From positions 14,570,001 to 14,634,000 of the forward strand of contig CM120649.1 of NCBI GenBank assembly GCA_051362555.1: a stretch of 64,000 nucleotides of DNA. The letters are read 5' to 3'. Each line of letters opens with the position of its first letter. Position 1 is the first letter of the stretch. Source of the DNA: Lingula anatina. Taxonomy: Eukaryota; Animalia; Brachiopoda. A program made the translations under genes and the position numbers. The notes beneath the pieces are model-generated. The model ran no database searches and was not told the DNA's origin. It was given only the letters and a program-made list of their open reading frames with translations. Shown one piece after another: positions 1-14,900 of this stretch.

Positions 1-2739
1 TCTTCTCACTCAATTACACCTGTCAGTCCATATAAATCCACTGAGGTGGACACTTCATCTTGATGGACAGTGGTCTTGTTAACTGACCGTTGGTCTATGG
101 TGGTCTGCCAGATCATGGATTAAGAATGTTCTTATCTATGTTTTGTGAAGAAAAGGGGATCCCTCCTTGGTTATTCTCTGGTTTAATTTGATTTGATTTC
201 TAAAACTTTTTTTTTCTTCCAATTTGAGAGAAGACTTCAGAATGATGGCCCCTTGGTCTTAATAGATAGGGGTCTGGAAGACTGACTACTGGGCTCTGTT
301 CGTTCATTAGATCATTCATTAGATCGCAAGTAAAGATTTTTTTTTGGAAAACTTTTTTTAATAGGAAAAGGGCCTCAACTCTCAACTGCAAGGTGGAAAG
401 TCGAACCCTGGCAGAAGCAAGACTTTTCCAACAATTTCAAATGACATGTCATTGTCCTCCAGAAGTGGAAGCAGATGAGTCTCAGATTGGTGGCCATTGT
501 TTGATGACCGCTAAGACAGCCTAGCAGACAGAAACTGTATTGGGGCCAACATGGTCTGATGGATTTTAAAAGCTACCATGGAATTAAGAGATTATGGTCG
601 TGTAGGGTCTGTCTCGTCCAATTAATCTGCCGTTCTCAAATTATTTTCCATTCTGATATCTTCTTTTGAGGAATCAAGTTACAACAATGGTAGCACAAAT
701 GGAAGCTACACATTTCTCATTTTTTGAAATTTGACAAATGCTTTGATCAGAAGAAACCTGTAATTTTTGTTTCCTTTTCAATGGATGGTCTCAAGTACCC
801 TCAATTTAAAGTTGAAATGAGTTGAGATGCTTCCTTCCAATTGAATGATTTAGTATTAGAAAACGAATACGATTTGTTAAGGCAATATCTTTTTTTATAC
901 AGAGGTGATATACTCACTCTTTTGTGAAATTCTAAAGATATTTGTTTTCCCCACCAAAAAAATCACATGGAATTCTACTTATTTCTATGATTAATTTTAA
1001 AATGTGTCATTCTTCAGTTAGGAAACTAAATATTGAACTTTCCCTATGTCTTCAAACTTGACACATGTCTCCTGTGAATTGTGTAAAAGTGCAATAGAGA
1101 GATGGCAACTCGTCAAGTGAAGAATCATTATCTTTGCTAGACAAGACAATCATTTCCATTCCATCCTTCACTGCATTCTTATACATCCTTATGAGTCTGC
1201 TACCAGTTGTCCTGAATTTGTTTCTTACCACATTATGATGTGTTCTGTTATAAATGGTAGCTAAGCCCAAAATTAATGTATAAATCCCTACATATTGGCG
1301 ATGGACATTGCCATTACTGGATTAGTCCATTGACTTTGGCGACAGATGGCCATCTGTGGTCAAGTGGTCAGTTGAAAGAATGTGTCATTCATTTAGCCAT
1401 CAGTATTTTGATTAGCATTCATTTATTTCTGTTTACATCTCAAATTTGATTAGCCAAGAACTCTTGGTTGAAGGCAAATCCTTTTCCATTGGTGATAATT
1501 TTATCCAATCCATGAGTGTATGTCATCCTTTTTTCTCGATTGCTTCCTCGGATAGCCAATAGATGACAATTATAACATCAAATCACACTCCTTTTAATGT
1601 TGTATTTCTTTAAAGTTTAATTTTGAAAGTCTAAACAATGTTGCTGGGTGAATGACATCTTATTTCTTTATTGGACGTCTTTTTTAAAGTCAAGACATCT
1701 GTATATTTACGCAGTCGGCCATGTGACATTTTCATTTTCGACCAGACTTTAGGTGACACATCTTATTAAGTTATATTACTTTTTTTTATTCTTTCCAACT
1801 TGAATTGTGCAGCACTTGAGCTACATGCTGTTCTTTTTGATTGACACATGGTTAATTGCAGAATGATACCCCTCTGTCTAAATTGCGCTGGGATGTGACA
1901 GTAAATTGCGCTTGGTGTTCCAGCGGTTTATTTGTAACTGTGATGTTTGTTTTTTATTTTTTATGTATTGTTTATTTTATTTTTATGAGGGGTGTCTTTT
2001 TGGATGGAAAAGGTCTGATTTGGAAAAAGTTTGATATAGTTTTTATGCTATTTCCAACTTTTTGGGAGACAAAAATAGCATTAGTCTAGGCACCTCCTGG
2101 ACCCCATGCCATATTTTCTGACTTTTTCACAATAAGCTATAGTTGAGTCAACTTAAAAAGGACAAATAAAGGTGTACTTTTTCAGAAAAAAGCTGCCCTT
2201 ATTTGAATTTGCTGGATAAATCTCTTTTTTCCATACAACGGGGGGCAATTGACACATTGTAAAATATCAGTATCAAAGCAAAAATTTTCTGTCAAAATTA
2301 TTTCAAAGTATTAAGACTGATGATAAAAATGTATTTAATTTTTCTTCATGAGATTATAAGACAATACCAGACAATACCTTTCAGTCTATAAAATGATTTC
2401 ACCTGATGTAGCTTTACTTTGTGAAAGGACAAAGAAATTGAGTAAATTTGAACTAGCATTATGCTTCTTTGAACTGCCTCTACATTTCCCAGTAAATTAA
2501 CTTCAATAAACCTTAAACTTTGAAGTCTTTCTTTTTTCCAAAAAGCCTGTCCTAGAGTATGTGTATATATCTGTGAAATTTGCAAGTCTTATTGCACAAA
2601 GTTGAGTCATATGTTGAAAAGTACGCATAATTCGCTAGAAGCTAGTTGCAAGCTGTATTTATTGATTGACTGAAATTAAGACCTGTACTTTGATTTTGAT
2701 GCTTATTGCTAGAAGACGTTTGAATGCCGATGATAAAGC

Positions 2740-3600
2740 TATTAAACTGGGAAGCGTTATCTATCTCTATTGCCTGACATGCCCTCAAGCTAACGCAACA
2801 TAAAAGGTTCTAGCTCCGAGAAACAACTTGATGCATTTAAGATGAAAAGCATCAATTCAAAATCAATTTATCCCACCAAAGTTGAAAAGATTCCGAAAAG
2901 ATATCCACAGGCAATTGAAGATGTCTTAATGGAAGCATACACTGAGCAAATGGCAAGGAAAATAGCAATGTCTGGAGCAAGAAATGTTTCTGTGACATTG
3001 TGGAAACTATGGAATAACATGTAATCAGGGGTTATGGATTTTTGTTTCATAATGGTTATTTACATAGCCAAGACAAAAAGACGCATCTAGGTACAGTCCA
3101 AGTAGACTTATTTGCTCTTAAAAATTGTTGATACAAGGAGAAATCAAGTGGGGCAGAGAGTATCATCCTCTCTTCCAACCTTTAGTACACTGTTAATGTA
3201 AGCTAGCTGATTTAACTTTTACATTAATGAACATGTACACATCAAAGAAATCAAGTAATATTTTCGTCTAAAGAGAGCTAATATGATTTGTACATCAAAA
3301 TGTCATCGCGCTACTCAAACTGTGTCAATATTCAAATCAAGCGTACAGAACACCAAAAGGAAGAACCACGCAAAGGTCTTGCTCGATACATTATAAAAGT
3401 TTCCGTCGGATGATGTAAGGAGTTAATTATCAAATGATGTGTTTTCAACCTACTGGTTCGCTGTCGACCTTTTCACAAAACTGTCTAGACTCTTCTAGTC
3501 TTTTCCATGAATTTCTTACAGGAAATTGCATGAACCTTCTACAGATTAATAGTGGTGTGGCAGTCACATTCACTTCGGTTCTCAGAGGAAATGAAAGGCG
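2740..3600 (+). pseudogene. Possible highly decayed hAT-like transposase remnant
   Basis: Scattered, frameshifted peptides (IYLYCL...; KIPKRY; VDLFTKLSRLF; QINSGVAVTFTSV) loosely resemble ZNF862-type hAT transposases; no intact motif. Confidence 0.25.
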
Positions 3601-3886
3601 TCTTTAGTAAATAGTTATATAGCTAATAGTGTAAAACAACCTCTAGGTAGGTCAATAGAAGGCTGCCCTTGGGTTATCACAATACTATTTTTTTCTTTTT
3701 TACAGTAATGAGATTTTTTGCGACTATTAGCAAATTTCTGACTTTTTAAAAGCCAAAAATATCATTTTTGAGATTGATGCAGAGGGTCTCCTGAACCCCA
3801 CTCCATAATTTAGACTTTAACACGAAAGGATAGTCATATCCATGTTATTATCAGTCAAATAATTGATGGATTTCTTTATTTGGCCA

Positions 3887-3887
3887 T

Positions 3888-3946
<59 letters not shown>
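3887..3946. repeat. (TTTA)n microsatellite
   Basis: Direct reading; similar tracts at 18302-18375 and 53456-53505. Confidence 0.95.
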
Positions 3947-3947
<1 letters not shown>

Positions 3948-6900
3948 ATTTAGATTTTGATCATTTGTAACAACCATAAATCACTTCCTTTTAAAAGAAG
4001 CAGTATGAATATATTATCCTATGTTTGATTCAATAGTCTTTTTGTATGGTGACAACCTTTTGTGACAAATCCATGTAAAGAAAACACTCGAAAACACTTG
4101 AAAACTGAACAGAGATATACTAATAGATTCTGTCCATTGTTCGTCACAGAGCAGCAGGCTGTCCTTGGGGACTGATCTGTTCATTAAGCCGTTGAAAGGC
4201 CGAGGTTTCCAGTCCACATCCCTCATATGTGGAATTTGTCTAAGGCATTGTACCGAAATCCATTAAAAGACCATTAATCACTTGCAATTAAGTGGACTCC
4301 CTTGTTTCTTACCCAGGGGTCTCGGCTGGACTGGAATTACGCACCCTGGGCTGGTTTTAGAGTAAAAAAGTTACCTGGTGTTTTATTCAGTGGAGCTTGT
4401 TTATTATGGTTAGCTTGAGGCTATGTGGGAAAGAGTGATGGTTTTTATTCCCCTCCTTTCTCTCAGATGGTCTCTCTCTCAATATACTTTGATAACTATC
4501 ATCATTTATTACATTTACTAGTACTCTCATTACTATTTTCGCTATTTATTTTTGATTGATTGTTCACCATATTTAATTTTCAAGTTTATGCACAGACACT
4601 AAATTATTGGAAGCGTACCAAAAGGGAGTTGTGATTTTTTTGCTTAGCAGCAAAAGTCAGTTACTCATTCTTTAAAAAATCAACTTAAACAACATCAATA
4701 AAGGAGTCCTTATAATAAACATTTTCTGGGCACGTTCCAATCTGCTGTAGTTTTCATTTAATTCACCTGGTGATTGAAATTGTCAGTCCAGGACGAGATC
4801 ACAAAACCTAAATATGATTTCCAATGAAAGGACCCTCAGTTCAGGATTTGGTGTGATTCAGATGCTGTTAAAAGTCAGTATTGTTGTTGGAGAGCTCTTT
4901 TCTTTTATTGAAGATGTAAGCTGGCAGATTTCAGGGTTCTTTACTTTGTCTTCAGTGGTCTTAGGTTTCAGTTTAATGTGATTCCAGTGGCAATCAGTTT
5001 TTACATATAAGTTAATGAAGTGTGGATAAGTACAACAGATGTTTTGGAAAGTATGGTTAACAGAAGTAGAGAAGGGGATGTACTGGTTCAATACAGATAG
5101 TGGTGGGTTTAGAAACATGTACATGCTAAATAACATATCTAGTGTATGGCTGCTGTTGGACAAAAAGATATAAATCTTATTCCCACTTTTGACATGAAAA
5201 CTGATATATATGAAGGCAGAAAATAAGTTTGTGCTTCTTCACAAATTTTATGGCTTTCTAATAAGAGAACATGCAACATTGGTTCTTACCTGAAAACATT
5301 AATCTGATAAGTTGACATCAGCATAATCTTTTATTAAGATTAGTCACCCTATTTCCCTATAGGTTTGACCCCCCCCCCCCCTCCCATTTTATGTGGGATA
5401 AGGTAGATCTCTTTTGCAGAAAAATTATTATTATTGTGATTCCGTGACAAGTAGGAATTTAAAATGATGTATGGGTCTCTGTTTTTTGCATACAAGATGC
5501 ACCTGGTACTGTAGGATGACATAAAGCACATATTATTGATTAGATAACGGTCCGCTTAATTACTTTGAAAATGAGAGTTTTGTGTGCTGTCAACTGAAAT
5601 GACAAATCGGTAAATTTTGTGTCTTTTTCTTTTTTAAGACAACTGATCAGTCTTATTTTTTCATTGGTTGTCATGGGAACGAGATTAGGATACTAACATA
5701 AATGCTTTTTTAAATCAAAGATTGTTATTTCCTTGAATAACGAAAAAGAAGGATTTTTTTACAGTTACTATTTAAATAAATTTTGCAGCAAAAGTAGCAA
5801 AATACGGAGGAAAAATTATATTATTTTTCACATAAAACTCCATAAAGCAGCTGTGACTTTGACTGCTATATGCAGACATGATAATGATCTACCTGTATTA
5901 TTTTGAAGTCCAAACTGACCTCTTGTCATTGACAATTTCCACCGTAATTTGCTGTTATTATTATAACTAGTGTTGCTACTGGTTGTCCATTCTGTTTGTT
6001 TTTTGCTGTCTCCTCAAAAAGACCTTTCTTTGATATCTTTGCAACCTCGCCCCTTTTTAAATTTTTGCTGAACATGAAAATCAGGTTAAAAATCAATTTT
6101 ATTCATTAAATTATATAAAAAAAATCCCAGATTAAAATTAAAATTTTAGGAAAAATTGAATTTGTCAACCTGCAGGTAGAAAGTTATTCATTGCTTACAC
6201 CATGATATTTTTTTCAATAAATTATCCACCAGTGATTGTTTCAGAGGGGAAAAAAAGATAATTTTCTTATTTTTCCATTCCATACATTGACCTGTCTGTG
6301 GCAGTCATGCCAGTTCTGAATTAAGCAGGTGTAGTTTTAACAAGGACAGATTATACACGTGGGCATTCTTGTTCCAATTTTCTGATTGTGTTCAACTGGT
6401 TTCTGGAAGATCAAACTGTAAAATTGGGACAATTTGTCAGTTATTTCTGGAGCATTCAGTGAAATATTTATTTTTCAGTGCTTTTTAAAAATATTTTGTT
6501 TGCATATTGTAAAAAGTAAAGTGCAATCTTCCATTGTTTTTTCTGCTTGGTTGAGAAACAGGTCATTTTTAAAATTGGAGGGATTGTTGAAGACCTTTGT
6601 GAATGCATTATACAATGTCAGAAAGGAGCAAAAATTGGATAGAACTCGGTTGGGTCTATTTGCGGTTTGGAATGGAAGATTGAACACAAAAATTGTGCCA
6701 TTCGATACCGAAATGTGGGTAAAAAGTGGGAACAGTTCACAGTTGTTGGTAATTTAAGAAATTTATTCCTTTATTCTCCAAGTCGTTATCAGAAGTCTCT
6801 CACCTTTGTTCACAGTAAATTACTGCTGAGAGATGCGGGCTCTAAGCTATGATAATGGTAGTTTTAACTGGTACAGTGAAAAACTCAGTTTCCCTAAGAT

Positions 6901-7153
6901 ATTTCTTAAAGGTGATCAAGATAAATGACCCTAGTTAGCAAGTGTCCATGATGAAAATGGGGGAAGAATATGTCATTAATAATAGTAAAGTTTCAGAGAT
7001 GTGGAGGGTCAAATATTTTTTGTTATTTTTGTTTGATAAATGGAGATATTGGTGCAAGGGGAGTAGGGTGGGAATGGTATTCTGGCATAACCATCCATTG
7101 TGTGTTATATCTTTCTCTATCTCTTATCTATTTTTTTTTTCACATGTTAATAT

Positions 7154-7155
<2 letters not shown>

Positions 7156-7213
<58 letters not shown>
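7156..7213. repeat. Compound (CT)n(CA)n microsatellite
   Basis: Direct reading; similar tracts at 11857-11920, 20202-20307 and 26787-26827. Confidence 0.95.
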
Positions 7214-7216
<3 letters not shown>

Positions 7217-10200
7217 TCCATGCACTTACACCCCACGACCAAGCACTGCCATGGGAAAATGATGAAGTATTTCACACCTGAATTACAGTAAGTTCTCACT
7301 TTTAACACACCTGGGGTCCACCAGGTAAGAATTGACCTTTTTCTCTGCATTACCCCAGGTAATACACCCTGTCCTCGCTTACACATCATTTCCATGTCCT
7401 TTTCACCCATGGTGCACCTTATGTTTTCTGGTCTTGTTTTCAAGTATGTTGATTACAGGTAATTATAAGTAATACCTCTCTCTTCGGGCAGAACGCAGAC
7501 AACATCAAAAGGGTGTGCATGCCTGAGAGAAGCTTACAGTGATCACAGGGATAAAACAATCGGAGAAGAAAAATTACGGCAACTTATATTGTGTGTAGAA
7601 CAAAATGGAGGCTACATTATCGGCTCGTGTTGTGAAGTTTATTACCACAGTGGTGGTGTAGACAGGCGGGACGTGGTACGGGGATCTGTTGAGATGAAAG
7701 ACGAGACCATGGGGACTTATTTCTCTGACCTTATTGCAATGTCACTTTATTTAATGACTTTGTTTTTACTATCAATTAAATGTGTGTGTGTCCTGAAGGC
7801 CCTATTAGTAAGTGATTGGGGAAGCTTACATGGGAATAACATGAATTTATGGTAGGTCCTTATCTTTCAAAAAAAAGTTTTTTTTCGTTATTTAATTATT
7901 TTTCCTTCTTCAACTTGAGTTGTATGCACTTGGAATGACTAAACAATCCATATAACTCATCATACCTATTTTTGTAATTAAGTGGAAATGATATGTCCTT
8001 GTCCATTTGTTTTCTATGAATGAACTGTGTATGATTAAGCTTTTTTTTTTTTAAACCTTGGAACATACACATATTTGGCATATTTTTCTGAAATTATTTC
8101 TCATTTCTTTCAAATGGATGCCACAGAAAATCTGAGCCCACACTATATTTATATATTAATAAAAAATCTGAACCTCCATTGCCCACTCTCTTTTTCTTGA
8201 AATCTCAAACAGTAAGGCCACAATCCTACCTGTTAGTGACTTTCAGAGTTCATCCAGAGTGGCTTCAACCAATCCTCTCTCTTCCTATGTTTATGGAAAA
8301 TGCATTCGGTCCTCAAAATTTTTGCTTGCCCACAGGTTAGGGGAAAGGTCATGCACTACACTGTCACCTATGAATGTCAGTGATGACTGTTTTTTGAAAA
8401 ATTCAGATGGTGGATAACTTGTTCTTCCTTAAATTTTTTCTCCTGCAATTTGACTTTAAAATCCTGAGTGGTAGTAAAACCCTGTTAAAACAGTTTTTTA
8501 AAAAATATTTTTAGTCTGCAAAATTGATTAAAGTTAATTTTAACAAATTTTTGCCTTTTTTATCCTCCTATTTGAGACATTATTAAATCTCACCAAAGCT
8601 GCTTTTCCATGATAACCTTGTTGAATTAAAAATTATAAATTTTTGCTCCATGTCCTGTTCCTATCTGCACATAAAACACGTGGCAGAATCCTCAAAGACA
8701 CATTTTGAAAACTTTTCCGTGGTCTGTATATTCCATGAAAAGAAAACTTTTGTCCATACATCTGCAGATATGTCTCCGGACCAGCCTGGATATTTGCAGT
8801 GGTGTTCAAATCTTTTTCAGTTACCAGCCAATAAACTACGGGTCCTTAGTATCTAGCACAATTTTATTCGATTTTAAAAATGCAGCTCTGAAGACCCCCA
8901 ATCCTCCTGTTCATTCTCCAGGATTGTTTGAATGTACTCATTGTCCTCGAGGTCATACAATTTCTCGGGTTTGATACTCTGCAGTAATGGTATATCACTT
9001 TGGTGAGAAAAACGTTTTCCCTTTTCACAATAGGTGTTGGCCTCTTCACATCTCTATGTAAACCAACATGCATGAGAGATGAATAGACCAGGTTATGAGA
9101 AAGTTGCGAAAAATCGTTCCGTGTTTTCACTCCTGTTTTCACGTGGTGGATAACAAGAAGGTGCAGTTGTAATAGTTATTGATTCTCATTTAGAAGAACT
9201 GCTCAATATCTGACATATTGATGAAGGCCCAATCGTTCTCTTTGCTTTCAGAGAAAACATTAATGCGTGCAGTCGGACAACACACGGGCAGGCAGTGTGA
9301 AAACACAATGCCGCGAAGAGTAATAACATTGACTACGAACTGGGTCTCCCTTTTTCATGCTTAATAACCCTAACATTATCGAAAACTTATAGTTCTTTTC
9401 TCAGATGAGCTTATATTAGCCAATGGGGCATATTGGTATTTGTTCTCATTGATTGATCTAATCGCTGAACCAAATTTGATGGGACTGACTACCCAAATTT
9501 GCCCTTCGTATCAAGGGGTAGAATTATATATCATTCATTTCATTGCCGTTCAGTTTCATTTGCTTGTGTAAGCATATTAAATTGAGGGTAAACGCTGGTT
9601 TTGTGAGCCTGCGTAAACAGTCAGGCTGGTTTATAAAAACATGGCTTTCTTGCTGAATGGGAGCTATGAGACCTTTGTTTTTATTGGTCATAATGGTAGA
9701 TCTTGGCTCACCTGAATCAACGCCTCCGTTTAAGCAATATTTCCTTTTATTTTTTAAACGTTCCTCAAACATCCTACCTGTAATGAATTTCCTCTGAGGA
9801 CATTTTTATTACACCTTCATATCTGCCACCTTTGTGAAAACTTACAGGAAGATGCAGAATTCATAAAAAGAAAGAAAATATGAAAAGTGAACCCTGTGCT
9901 TCTCGTGCAATACCATTGTGGCACGATTATTACGCACAATTAGCCATGTTTGGAAACGTAATGTGTGTTTATTGACATCTGGCAATATGGTTGACACCTT
10001 AGATGTCAAAGGGTACGCTGTATTTGACCGTTGGCCATTAAACCAGACTACTGGCCAGCCAAAGGTTCTGAAGATCCTCTGCCCCTTTTTACAGAAAGAA
10101 TTTTTAATTTTTGACTCATTGACATTATTTGTGTGATTTAGGTTCTGGCACATTTTCCTGTGTAGCTTTATTCCTGTGGACTTTTTGACAACACAAATCT

Positions 10201-11877
10201 GCTGTCATATAAAAACTGGAAGTTCACTTGATGCTTATGTACTGTATTTTACTGTATCACATCTTGAAAAGCAAATACGTTTTAACCGTTGTAGTATTCT
10301 CTGTTGGATAAATAAAAATGCATTTAAAAAAATAACATTCCAGCCTATTGAAAGTTTCATATTTTGACTACTGGTTTATTAGCTATAATTGAAATAATTC
10401 TAATCATTTAATGTTATCATGTGCTGCATGGGGTAATGCAGTCATATTTTGCCGTCTTAATTCAAACCGACTGGTGTGATTTCAAAGACCACCGTGTACT
10501 GTATGGATCAGCAAGCTCCTGTAACCACTGATCCTAATCTGTTTTAACTGGATTAGTAATCTCAATAGGCCCAAACCAACAGCTCACAAAGTGGGATTAC
10601 TAACCCGACCAAAGAGAGATCTTTATTACTGACCACTTGAGATTTCTACTTGACCAATAGATATCATAATACAGATTTTGTGAGTTTGAAACTGGTACTT
10701 TGAGATTTTGAAATAAGGGTCAACACTCTCTCACAGTTTAGAGTGTGTTAGTGTAAGTGTAAATTGTAGTTTTTTGTCTCATAAGTAAGTTTTAATATTT
10801 TAATATTATTATTTAAATTAAGATTATCACCCTGTTGCTCTTTCCTATCTTCTATGCACTTTGCTAAATATGTAAGCCAGCAAATAAATGCAGGTTAAGG
10901 GGAGGGGGGTACTGTAAAAAAAGAAAATGGACCTTTTTACCCCCTTAGTTTACCCAACTAAAAAAATGGCACAAAACCAAGATTGAATTTTGGTTCAGGG
11001 CAATTACTTTTCCAACCAAAAGTGCAGTGCTTTTGATCCTTCCAAACCCACTTTGTCCTGCCATCAAATCTCTCTGTCAACCTGTGTGCTTGTACATGTA
11101 TGTACAAGATGATATGATAACTTAATCGGCACTGTTATCCTAACCCCACTTAATTGGTTTTGGGTTATCTTCTGTTACTAGGTATGGCACTGCCTTAATA
11201 AAAGTGGTAGAAGCTTAGTTTGCTAAATCAATTTCTGAGATAATTGTGGTCCTACAATAAAGCTGCTTGCAGAATAGTGAGAGATGGACTTCAAACAGCA
11301 AATAAATAATTTTCTAAGGTGCAGTACACTATATGCTAAACTGTTTATAAAATAGTGATCAAAAATTAATTATGAGTTACTCTTTTTAAGGAGATGGAGA
11401 CTGGTGAACTCCTTTCAAAAGAAAAAAATTAATATTTTGTTATATGAAGCTCTAACTTGTATGATTTTAAAATTGAACCTGTGAGTTTTATGAATGGAAG
11501 GCTATCAATCAGCCATACAGATTGTCATTTAATATATCTAAATTAAATTGTCCTCTTGAATTCATGTAATTGTTGCCTTACATAATGAACTTGTATGTAT
11601 ACTTCACTTAGATTGGCTTTGTGTACAGAGCTCTCCATAAGGTTAATGAATAACCCTAAATTAATGTTTTTTGATTAAGTCTATAAATCAGCCACCGTCC
11701 CAGGTGATCTGAGAGCATTAGGTGACTCTGTCATAGCGCCACTGTCTGGGTAGAAGCTTATTTCCAGTCACAGAACTAAAATGTCGCTGTTACTCTGATA
11801 TGAAGAGGTCTTCTCCCTCCTTTCTTCCCTCTCTCCCTCTATGTCCTGACTCTGCCCCTCCCCCCCCCCCACACACA

Positions 11878-11922
<45 letters not shown>

Positions 11923-14900
11923 TCCAACATAAAAGCTTTTTTGGGGAGAAGCAGGAAAACAGTCTTGATTGACACTACCATATTATAAAATTTGTTGTAC
12001 TTGGCACTGAAATAAAATGTTACCACTCACTTTACTAAGTTCTAGTAGGTTACTTCTGCAGAGGTACCTTTTCCAGCTCTTTCCAGCACCCCCCCCCTCA
12101 TCCCCCCCCCCCCCCCCCCCCCCAAATACCCTCCCCCTGTGAATTCAGCTTTGGAAGAAGCAGAGAAACCACGGAATGTAGCTTGACAACTGATACTTAA
12201 AATGTGCAATTTTGATTTCATCAAGTTTGGGGAGTTTTATACCTGAATTTGCAAAAGAATTGAAATCAATTCATTAAGTTTGATATAATATGTATGATCC
12301 CTCTCAACTAAGCATCAGTTTAGTGTTATGTTCAGTGAGTATTACAAATGTTAATCTAAGTGACATAGTTTGAATATTTAATTAGAAATGTCACATTATT
12401 TATGGCTTTTCAATCTTGCTGTTAAGCCGTGGTCTAATCTGTTAGTTATACCCTGCTCTTAGTTGGTGAATGGCAAACTTAAAGTACTACAGTTTGTTGT
12501 AAAATCCAATAATTTAATTGGATTTTGATTTATGATTTATTGCATTTAATAATGCAGTCTGTGAATAAGTTTTTAAGCAAGAATTTGATTTAGCACCTGT
12601 CTGTTAAGTTTAGCATTTTTGGTTGACTTTACACAATTTAAGAAGTTAATTTTTCTTTATTTAACAAAAAAAATCCATTTTGATTAGAATGATGAAAATT
12701 GGGCATTTTTAGAAGTTAACAAAATATTTTACCAAAATGAAAAAAAAAAAAATTATTAGTTAAAGAATGGCCATAATCAATCATGTCTAGAGAACATAAA
12801 AGGTGAAAATAAAGCAATGAATTACCTTCTGTACTTGTGGTCAACTTCAGGTTGTATCATCAATGGAAAAATAAACGGCATATATATATATAATCCACTT
12901 CTGCTTCAGTGTTGTATCGGATAGTCAACCATGTGACAGTGTTTCTGTTATTAAATGTTTTTTTCCCAAAATTTGAAAGAGATCAGTACCTGTGAACTCT
13001 CTCTGTTGTCCTCTCCCTCAAAATATTTCAAAAACAAAACACTGCTATTCTACAGAACAACTGCGCCCAAAACATGCCACAGTGTGCGGTACGTTGTGTA
13101 GACCACAACTGTTACAATGTTTTGTATCAGTGGACGAGTGAACAACGCTGAGCTGTGATTGGTCTGTTGGAGGGATGCTCAAAGCATCTCTCTCAGTGAA
13201 ATCAGGATGTTTTTGTTGCTCCATTCAAGGCAGGTAAAATGGGAGTCGGGTTTTTATCTGACTTTTCATTTATGTTTGGTTTAGATTGATGAAGTTTTGC
13301 ATTATAGCCTTGTTCTTGTTAAAAATTATCTTTGCTGAAACTTCTATGAGATTTTATCAGAAATTTGATATTTTGGAAGAAAAGGGTAGAACAAGGGGAC
13401 AGCCTGTCACCCCTTGCCATCTTGTATAATACTGTGGTCCACCACGCTCATGTCTGCACACACGTTTAGTCACGGTCACATGGGCCAAGGAAAAACATTT
13501 GTCTAAGGCTCTAGTTAACTAGTAACACTTGTCCTCTATGGATTGTTTTGTACATCTTGTTCTTTGTATGCCAAAAGAAAAAAATGTGTGAAGAATATGT
13601 ATGGTTACATCTGGTTTTTATCATAACTTGAAAAAAATGGTTTTTAGTATTAATTTTGTGTTTTATTTAAAGGTCTTTTGTTTGGTTTATTGAAGGATAA
13701 CAAAATTCACTTTAAAAAGTTTGTAATGGGATTTTTTTATGGAGGGGGGGGTGTACCTGTATCTTACTATACATTTACACTTGCTTAAATCATTTAAAGT
13801 TCTGCCAAAAAAACTATAATTCTCTAGTCATTTTATGTCTTTAAACTTAACAAAAACCACATTGAAATCTAATAGAACTATTGTAACTGATTTACAAGCA
13901 ATGTATGTGTAATCCAGAAAAACATCATTTCACCTGTTCCAATTAGAAAAAAATTCTTTCACGTTTAACCAAAAGTCACTCTGACAAATCCAAATGCCCC
14001 TAGGGGCTGCAAGTGACACCTAAAAATCACAAGATGTCGTTACTGATCAAGATCCAATTTGTGTCAATGTATTTGTTTCAATTCAAATCTCCTGCAAATT
14101 CCAAACACTTAAAAAGTAGCAATGTATTGAAAAGTAAGTCAACCCAGTACATTTTAATTAGCCTGGATCTTTATCTTTCCATTTCCTAATCAAGTAAACT
14201 AACATTTGGTTCTAAGTGCCAGAGTAGCTCCCTCGCTGCGTAAACGACAGGCGAAGAGTTCCTATCATTAAAAAAACTCGACTTTGAGACAAAAAACAAC
14301 AAAGGAAACTGCAGGTGTAAGTTTTGCTTGTAATTTTGAACCAGAAGCTTATCCACTTATTCTTGTTAAAATGTAAACCTATACGCAGTCGTTGCTTAAT
14401 TGCGGTCAGTTTACAAAATGGGGATTCAGAAAAGATAAGCAAGAGGCAGTTTTCCTCAATTTTTTCTGATATTTCTTTTCTCTTCTTTACGTACAGTTTA
14501 AGTAAATGTGCAAATTATTTATGAGAATTTTTTTATATATTACAAAATCATATATCCCAAAAATGATGAGTGTATGAGTTATAACTATGGACTATATGTT
14601 CAATCAGATCAAGAAGTTGTACACCTTCTTGATTAGATTGACAGTTGCATTTACAATGTTGTATTTCAAAAGTACCAGATGGAAATAGCCACTGAAATAC
14701 ATCAAATGGAAATTGACAATTTTTTTGTTTTGACCCAAATCTTAATTGTTATATGCTCACATATTACCAAATGACTGCAGTACGAGGATAGCTAATTCTG
14801 ATTTTCAGCTCAGTTTATTTTAAAAAAAAGAAATATTTTATAGTTATCTATGTCCACCTACTGCCATTCTGGTCCCCAGTGATAAAAATTGATCTTTGAC

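Noticed and set aside
1-35. LNYTCQ resembling the GRL INYSVQC motif
   Set aside because: An in-frame TAA follows three codons later and there is no splice donor.
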